Below, piece after piece: positions 58,390 through 64,000 of a stretch of DNA of 64,000 nucleotides. Below the pieces are notes generated by a model. That model worked only from the letters and a program-made list of their open reading frames with translations. It was not told where the DNA came from and did not search any database. A program made the position numbers and the translations under genes. How positions within the stretch are numbered: position 1 is the first letter of the stretch; each line of letters begins with the position of its first letter. The stretch comes from Parcubacteria group bacterium ADurb.Bin247 (GTDB lineage: Bacteria; Patescibacteriota; Minisyncoccia; Minisyncoccales; CSSED10-335): assembly GCA_002069755.1 (NCBI GenBank), contig MWBX01000009.1, positions 14,514 to 78,513 on the forward strand, in the 5' to 3' direction.

Positions 58390-59403
58390 ATGAATAAAAA
58401 ATTAGAATTAATTAAAGCAGAAGCTCTTAGAGAAATCGAATCTTCAAAAGACGAGAATTCTTTAAACAAGATATACAAAAAACATTTCAAAGAATTGTCT
58501 TCTATTTTCTCTCAAATGGGGACGCTAAGTCCAGAAGAAAAAAAAGTTATTGGCGTGAAAGCTAACGAAATCAAACAAGCAATTACCATTTCTTTTGAAA
58601 ACAAGAAAAAAAACTTTACAAAAAAAGATAAGACTAATTCTGAGTTTTTTGACATTACTATTCCTGGCAAAAAAACAAAAGTTGGTCATCTCCATCCAAT
58701 AACTCAAGCAATAAACGAAGCAGAAAACATATTTAGAGGTATGGGATTCTCAATAGTTGAAGGACCAGAGCTAGAAGATGAATGGCATAATTTTGATGCT
58801 CTCAATTTTCCAGAAGATCATCCAGCCAGAGAAATGCAAGATACCTTCTTTGTAAAAAATGAACCCAAGAAGAGATTATTAATGAGAACACACACATCTC
58901 CAGTACAAATTAGATATATGCTGGACAACAAACCACCTTATAGAATTATTGTTCCAGGAAGGGTTTTCAGAAACGAAGCAACCGATGCTAGCCATGAAGT
59001 AAACTTTCATCAGATAGAGGGATTAATGGTAGACAAAGAAATATCGGTTGCTAATTTTAAAGCTGTAATTGAAGAATTTTGTAGAGAATTTTTTAACCGA
59101 GATGTTAAGATAAGACTTAGACCATCTTTTTTCCCTTTTACCGAACCGTCTTTCGAAGTAGATATGAGTTGTTCTGAATGCAAGGGAAAGGGATGTTCAC
59201 TATGTTCTCAAACTGGATGGTTAGAAATATTAGGCGCCGGAATAGTTCACCCAAGTGTTTTTAAAAACAGTGGTGTTGACCCTAAAAAATGGCAAGGATT
59301 TGCCTTTGGTCTTGGTTGGGATCGATGGGTTATGCTAAAATACAAGATCAACGACATTAGGCTCTTCTATAATGGAGATTTAAGATTTTTAAATCAATTT
59401 TAA
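58390..59403 (+). CDS. pheS: phenylalanyl-tRNA synthetase alpha subunit
   Basis: Class II motifs (FRNEATDASHEVNFHQIEG, GAGIVHP, GFAFGLGWDR). Confidence 0.9.
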   Translation: MNKKLELIKAEALREIESSKDENSLNKIYKKHFKELSSIFSQMGTLSPEEKKVIGVKANEIKQAITISFENKKKNFTKKDKTNSEFFDITIPGKKTKVGHLHPITQAINEAENIFRGMGFSIVEGPELEDEWHNFDALNFPEDHPAREMQDTFFVKNEPKKRLLMRTHTSPVQIRYMLDNKPPYRIIVPGRVFRNEATDASHEVNFHQIEGLMVDKEISVANFKAVIEEFCREFFNRDVKIRLRPSFFPFTEPSFEVDMSCSECKGKGCSLCSQTGWLEILGAGIVHPSVFKNSGVDPKKWQGFAFGLGWDRWVMLKYKINDIRLFYNGDLRFLNQF

Positions 59404-59405
59404 TT

Positions 59406-61355
59406 ATGAAATTTTCATACAACTGGTTACAATCAATTATAATAAAGAAACTTCCAAATCCAAAAGATTTGGCAGATATAATTACCATAAGATTCTTTGA
59501 AGTAGAAAGTGTAGAAAAGCTAAAAGATGATTGGATTATTGATATAGATGTTTTGCCAAACAGAGCCGGAGATTGCTTGTCACACATTGGAGTTGCAAAA
59601 GAAATTGCAATTATACTTAACAGCAAAATCAGAAAAGAAGCCTTAAAGTTAAGAGAAGTGTCTAGAAATGCTAAAGACCTTGTATCTGTAGAAGTATTAG
59701 ACTCTCTTAATTGCAATCGCTACACTGCTCGAGTAATGATAAATATTAGCGTGGCTGAGTCTCCAAAATGGATTAAAGAAAGACTAGAATCGTGTGGAAT
59801 TCAATCAATTAATAATGTGGTAGACATTGCTAATTATGTAATGCTTGAAATGGGTCAACCATTACATATTTTTGATTTAGACAAATTATCAAATAAAGAA
59901 ATAGTTGTAAGAATGAGTAAGGCTGGAGAAAAGATTACTACTCTGGACAACAATAATTTTGTTTTAAACAAAAACATCCTATTAATCACAGATAACAAAG
60001 ACCCGCTAGCAATTGCCGGAATCAAGGGAGGTAAAAAAGCAGAGATAGATTTAAAAACTAAAAACATAGTTATAGAATCGGCTAATTTCAATAGGACAAG
60101 TATTAGGAAAGCTTCAGCTCAATTAAAACTTAGAACCGATGCATCTCTAAGATTTGAGCACGGACTAGACCCCAATATGACCAATATCGCAATAGATCGA
60201 ACTGCACAAATGATACAAGAAATTTGCTCAGGACAAATTGCCAAAGGAATCATAGATATTTATCCTAACAAAAACAAACCTAAAAAGATTGACCTAAATT
60301 TGACAAAAGTTCAAAAAGTTTTAGGGATAACTATTAAGGCAGATAAAATTAAAAAGATAATCAATGATCTAGATTTAAAGATAATATCTTCTAAAAAAGA
60401 CAATCTTTTAATTGAGGTTCCAACTATAAGGCAAGATATTACAATTGCCGAAGATATTATAGAGGAAATTGGAAGAATTTTAGGATACGATAAAATAAAA
60501 TCCGAATTACCATCGCTACCCATAACACTACCCATAAAAAACAAAGATTTCTTTTGGAAAAACGAAATTAAAGAATTGTTGAAATCTGCTGGTCTTACTG
60601 AAGTATACAATTCTAGCTTTCTAAGCCAAGAACAATTCGAAACTTTTAAATATGTTGATTTAATAGAAATAGAAAAACCAGCAACAATTGATCAACAATA
60701 CTTAAAACCATCACTAATACCTAATTTAATTAAGAATATAGAATTTAATAGCAAATTCTTTGAAGAAATAGAAATATTTGAAATTGGCAGTGTTTTTTCT
60801 AAATCTAGAGAAGAAGAACATTTTGCAGTAGCCCTTAAAAACAAAACATTCTTTGACGCAAAATCAATATTAGAACTAGTAGCGGGTAGAATGAATTTAG
60901 AATTATCTTTTAAGTTAACAGAGAATAATTTATTTGATAATTCGGCTGAAGTATTTCTAGGATCTGAAAAGATTGGAATATTGGGATACAATTCAAATTT
61001 ATCAATATTTGAAGTAAACTTTGACAAAATGAAAAAACTAGCGGTTAACAAAAAGCAGTATTGTCCCATACCAAAGTTCCCCGAATCTAGTCGAGACTTA
61101 GCTATAATCGTTCCTAAAGAAATCACTTACGAAAACATTGTTAATGAGATCAAAAAAGCAAACATACAATTGTTAGAAGATATTTCCCTTTTTGATATTT
61201 ATTCTGACGATAAACTTCCAAAAGAAAGTAAAAGTATGGCATTGAGATTAATTTATCGTGCAAATAGAACTCTAACCAGTGAAGAAGTTAATGAGATGCA
61301 TAGTAAAATTATTAAACACATTGAAAAAAACAACAATTGGATCGTAAGAAAATAA
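59406..61355 (+). CDS. pheT: phenylalanyl-tRNA synthetase beta subunit (reduced, 649 aa)
   Basis: B3/B4, B5 and catalytic-like domains plus C-terminal FDX-ACB-like domain. No N-terminal tRNA-binding domain. Confidence 0.85.
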   Translation: MKFSYNWLQSIIIKKLPNPKDLADIITIRFFEVESVEKLKDDWIIDIDVLPNRAGDCLSHIGVAKEIAIILNSKIRKEALKLREVSRNAKDLVSVEVLDSLNCNRYTARVMINISVAESPKWIKERLESCGIQSINNVVDIANYVMLEMGQPLHIFDLDKLSNKEIVVRMSKAGEKITTLDNNNFVLNKNILLITDNKDPLAIAGIKGGKKAEIDLKTKNIVIESANFNRTSIRKASAQLKLRTDASLRFEHGLDPNMTNIAIDRTAQMIQEICSGQIAKGIIDIYPNKNKPKKIDLNLTKVQKVLGITIKADKIKKIINDLDLKIISSKKDNLLIEVPTIRQDITIAEDIIEEIGRILGYDKIKSELPSLPITLPIKNKDFFWKNEIKELLKSAGLTEVYNSSFLSQEQFETFKYVDLIEIEKPATIDQQYLKPSLIPNLIKNIEFNSKFFEEIEIFEIGSVFSKSREEEHFAVALKNKTFFDAKSILELVAGRMNLELSFKLTENNLFDNSAEVFLGSEKIGILGYNSNLSIFEVNFDKMKKLAVNKKQYCPIPKFPESSRDLAIIVPKEITYENIVNEIKKANIQLLEDISLFDIYSDDKLPKESKSMALRLIYRANRTLTSEEVNEMHSKIIKHIEKNNNWIVRK

Positions 61356-61356
61356 T

Positions 61357-62604
61357 ATGAGAATAACAAAACTATTTAGTAAAACTAGGAAAGACAGCCC
61401 TAAAGATGAAACTAGTAAAAATGCACAGCTTTTAATAAAATCAGGCTACATCCACAAAGAATTAGCTGGAGTCTATACCTATCTTCCTCTAGGCCTTAGA
61501 GTGATTAATAAAATATCAAATATCATCAGAGAAGAAATGGATAATGCCGGTGGTCAAGAAATATTGATGACTGTTCTACAAGATAAAAATATTTGGGAAA
61601 AGTCAAAACGTTGGGACGATAATGCAGTTGATGATTGGTTTAAAACAAGACTTAAAAACAATACAGAATTGGGTCTTGGATTTACTCATGAAGAACCATT
61701 GGTCAACTTAATGAAAAACCATATTAGCTCATACAAAGACTTACCAATATACCCATACCAAATACAAACAAAATTTCGTAATGAATTAAGGGCTAAGTCT
61801 GGAATAATGAGAGGAAGAGAGTTCTTAATGAAAGATATGTATTCATTTTCTAAAAACAAAGAAGAGCATAATTTATTTTACGAAAAAATGAAAGAGGTCT
61901 ATATGAGCATATTTAATCAATTGGGACTAGGGGACAAAACATACACTACAATATCTTCTGGTGGATCTTTTTCAAAATATTCTTATGAATTTCAAACAGT
62001 ATCCGATGCTGGAGAAGATATAATATATATTATAGACCAAGAGAAAAAATTGGCTATCAATGAAGATGATTTTAACGAAGAAACTCTCAAAGATTTTGGA
62101 TTAAACTTAAACAAGGAGACTCTCCGATCAGAAAAATCAATTGAAGTAGGGGATATATATAGTTTGGGCTACAGATATTCTAAAGCACTGAACTTAAAAT
62201 ATACTAACGAAAAAGGATTAGATGAATTTGTATATATGGGCTGTTATGGAATTGGAATATCAAGATTAATGGGAGCAATTGTAGAATTAAATAGCGATGA
62301 TAAAGGGCTTGTTTGGCCTAGAGAAGTATCTCCATTTGATATTCACCTGATATCTCTTTCTAAAACAGAAGACTATGCTAATAAAATATATGATGAGTTG
62401 GTTAAAAGAGGCTTTTCGGTATTGTTTGACGATCGCCAAGACACAACAACTGGAGTAAAGTTTAACGATGCTGACTTAATAGGAATTCCAAAACAAATAA
62501 TTATTGGAGAAAAAAGAATAAAAAATAACGAAGTAGAAATAAAAGATAGAAAAACTCAAGAAATTAAAATTATTTCAGTTGATTCTTTATACGATTTATT
62601 GTAA
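61357..62604 (+). CDS. proS: prolyl-tRNA synthetase, bacterial type without INS editing domain
   Basis: MRITKLFSKTRKD...LLIKSGYIHKELAGVYTYLPLGLRVINKISNIIREEM matches the ProRS N-terminus. Class II motifs present. 415 aa. Confidence 0.85.
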   Translation: MRITKLFSKTRKDSPKDETSKNAQLLIKSGYIHKELAGVYTYLPLGLRVINKISNIIREEMDNAGGQEILMTVLQDKNIWEKSKRWDDNAVDDWFKTRLKNNTELGLGFTHEEPLVNLMKNHISSYKDLPIYPYQIQTKFRNELRAKSGIMRGREFLMKDMYSFSKNKEEHNLFYEKMKEVYMSIFNQLGLGDKTYTTISSGGSFSKYSYEFQTVSDAGEDIIYIIDQEKKLAINEDDFNEETLKDFGLNLNKETLRSEKSIEVGDIYSLGYRYSKALNLKYTNEKGLDEFVYMGCYGIGISRLMGAIVELNSDDKGLVWPREVSPFDIHLISLSKTEDYANKIYDELVKRGFSVLFDDRQDTTTGVKFNDADLIGIPKQIIIGEKRIKNNEVEIKDRKTQEIKIISVDSLYDLL

Positions 62605-62607
62605 AAT
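62572..62607. repeat. direct repeat copy 1 (3' end of proS)
   Basis: atttcagttgattctttatacgatttattgtaaaat. Identical, apart from a 1-nt indel, to 63926-63962. Confidence 0.9.
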
Positions 62608-62612
62608 CAAGA

Positions 62613-63476
62613 ATGGATATAAAGCCAATCAAAATAAGACTCAAAATAACCGGTAAATGCAATAAGTCTTGCTTCTTTTGTCATAAAGAAGGAGGAGATA
62701 ATATAGATGATTTTTTGCTGGATGATGATTTTATTAATTGTATGAATGAATTTGAAAAAATAGGGATAAAAAATGTCATTTTGACAGGCGGAGAACCTAC
62801 ATTATGCCCAGACTTCGAAAAAATATGTCAATACCTTTCTAAAAAATTCCATGTTACTGTCGTAACAAACGGATCAATAGTAAAAGATTGGAGTAAAATA
62901 CAGGTAAATAAAATAACAATAAGTATCCATTCACTAAACCCAGAAAAAATGATAAAATTAGAAAACATTAAAAGAACAAAAAGTTGGGCAAAAAAAGAAA
63001 TAGAAAAAATTAAAATAAACATTACAAATATAATTAATTCTAAAAAGGAAGCAAGAATAAACCTCGTTGTGACTGACAGGGAAAGCCTAAAAGAAGCAGA
63101 AAATCTTTCCCATACCGGAATAGAGGTAAGGCTACTTAACAACCTTAATGATATAAAAAATAGTCAAAAAATAATTAATAATTTTATAAAGGAAAAGAAG
63201 GCCACGAAAAGATATGAGTATAGAAGAATGTCTAACCATACAGCTTATTATGATGGTGAGTTAAAGTTTTCTACTAAAATATCTTATCCTTTCTATTTTG
63301 ATGCTATCTGTAAGGATTGCAGTTTTAAAAAAAAATGTTACGAAGGATTTTACGGACTAAGACTAGAAAAAAGAGGGGGCTACTATGTTCGACTCTGTTT
63401 ATATAAAAATCTAATCTATCCATATAAGGATTTCTTAAAATCAAGAATGAAAAACGATTTCTTAAAATTATGCTAG
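62613..63476 (+). CDS. MoaA/viperin-like radical SAM enzyme (GTP 3',8-cyclase fold family)
   Basis: IRLKITGKCNKSCFFCHKEGG aligns with the MoaA LRISxTDxCNxRCxYCxPxxG motif. GGEP and TNGS follow. C-terminal CKDC...GLRLEKRGGYYVRLCLY aligns with the MoaA second-cluster CxxC...RLRVSSTGDLKLCLF. Confidence 0.65.
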   Translation: MDIKPIKIRLKITGKCNKSCFFCHKEGGDNIDDFLLDDDFINCMNEFEKIGIKNVILTGGEPTLCPDFEKICQYLSKKFHVTVVTNGSIVKDWSKIQVNKITISIHSLNPEKMIKLENIKRTKSWAKKEIEKIKINITNIINSKKEARINLVVTDRESLKEAENLSHTGIEVRLLNNLNDIKNSQKIINNFIKEKKATKRYEYRRMSNHTAYYDGELKFSTKISYPFYFDAICKDCSFKKKCYEGFYGLRLEKRGGYYVRLCLYKNLIYPYKDFLKSRMKNDFLKLC

Positions 63477-63937
63477 AACAAGAATTGCGATACAAGATAA
63501 CAAAAGAGAAAGCTCAAGAAATAATATCCAAAAAAAACTTCTCAAAACCTCAAAAACAGACAGACACATATTATGAGGGATATTTCGAAGGAATTTTCAG
63601 AATAAGAGAGTCTAATAGTCAATATTTTTGTCACAAATATTTTAAAGGCGATAGTTGGGAAGAGTGGGAAGTAGAAGTTCCACTTAAGACTGCTATGGAG
63701 TTGAAGAAAGCTTTAGAGAGTCAAAAAACAATAAATATTATTAAAATTAGGCAAAAATTTTATGATAATGGCATTGAAATAAATATCGATGAAATAGAGG
63801 GCCTTGGAATATTTTGCGAAATAGAGATGGTTGGGAAAACAAAGAAAGACATTAGAGCTATTGCAAAAAAAATGAATCTAGAAGGAGAAATAAAAGAAGG
63901 TTATGTCCAATTAATGAAAAGGGAGATTTCCAGTTGA
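63470..63937 (+). CDS. CYTH-domain protein (CyaB/thiamine-triphosphatase-like triphosphate tunnel metalloenzyme)
   Basis: N-terminal EQELR (ExExK-like), RIR, and paired acidic strands EWEVEV and FCEIEMV. 155 aa. The stop codon lies inside repeat copy 2. Confidence 0.6.
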   Translation: MLEQELRYKITKEKAQEIISKKNFSKPQKQTDTYYEGYFEGIFRIRESNSQYFCHKYFKGDSWEEWEVEVPLKTAMELKKALESQKTINIIKIRQKFYDNGIEINIDEIEGLGIFCEIEMVGKTKKDIRAIAKKMNLEGEIKEGYVQLMKREISS

Positions 63938-63962
63938 TTCTTTATACGATTTATTGTAAAAT
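63926..63962. repeat. direct repeat copy 2
   Basis: atttccagttgattctttatacgatttattgtaaaat, immediately followed by the serS start. Confidence 0.9.
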
Positions 63963-64000
63963 ATGAATATGTTAGATATAAAATTCATAAAAGAAAACGC
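63963..64000 (+). CDS. serS: seryl-tRNA synthetase, N-terminal fragment at window edge
   Basis: M-N-MLDIKFIKEN... matches the canonical SerRS N-terminus MLDxKxIRENP. Only 12 codons are visible. Confidence 0.45.
   Translation, partial: MNMLDIKFIKEN

Noticed and set aside
3215-63142. Numerous 60-155 aa ORFs on the opposite strand or in alternate frames inside long genes (e.g. 3215-3406, 4621-4806, 7048-7323, 11802-12110, 15163-15465, 20179-20454, 28157-28936, 32177-32428, 41360-41725, 51418-51885, 53712-54011, 59357-61126, 62828-63142)
   Set aside because: All lie within confidently assigned CDSs and have low-complexity S/L/I/F-rich translations typical of shadow ORFs in AT-rich DNA. None has start signals or recognisable motifs.
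1-64000. Alternative genetic code (UGA=Gly, code 25) as in Gracilibacteria/Absconditabacteria
   Set aside because: Standard-code translation yields full-length, well-conserved proteins ending at TGA/TAA/TAG with sensible neighbours. No in-frame TGA read-through is needed.
1-64000. CRISPR arrays, integrase/transposase genes, rRNA/tRNA genes
   Set aside because: No regularly spaced direct repeats, no recombinase or transposase-like ORFs, and no rRNA/tRNA signatures were found. The only mobile-looking feature is the repeat-flanked cassette at 62572-63962.

Overview
AT-rich (~30% GC), very gene-dense 64 kb chromosomal segment, standard genetic code. Short overlapping genes (frequent ATGA/TAATG junctions), many small membrane proteins and systematically domain-reduced housekeeping enzymes suggest a streamlined, probably CPR/Patescibacteria-like bacterium; this placement is inference. 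Core content: pyrH, a contiguous uvrB-uvrA-uvrC-thioredoxin block, trpS, an RND efflux pair, a DEAD-box helicase, typA, alr, xseAB, obg, a UvrD-type helicase-nuclease, rel, truB, efp, fmt, murC, a polyprenyl synthase, tig, and an aminoacyl-tRNA-synthetase run (thrS, tyrS, pheS, pheT, proS, serS start). No rRNA, tRNA or CRISPR array was found. Most notable: (1) a 1.35-kb two-gene cassette (MoaA/viperin-like radical SAM plus CYTH triphosphate-tunnel protein) inserted exactly between proS and serS, bracketed by a duplicated 36-37 bp copy of the proS 3' end; (2) an apparent split/permuted minimal family-X polymerase pair (102-aa NTase-palm-like plus 221-aa Pol-beta-like 8kDa/HhH protein) ahead of fmt-efp; (3) a decaying MacAB-type ABC efflux operon (frameshifted adaptor, internally deleted ATPase, intact permease); (4) an L,D-transpeptidase fused to a D,D-carboxypeptidase; (5) leaderless-type promoters and a start-codon-sequestering 5' hairpin on the DEAD-box helicase gene. 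All protein calls rest on motif and architecture recognition by eye; no database searches were run.
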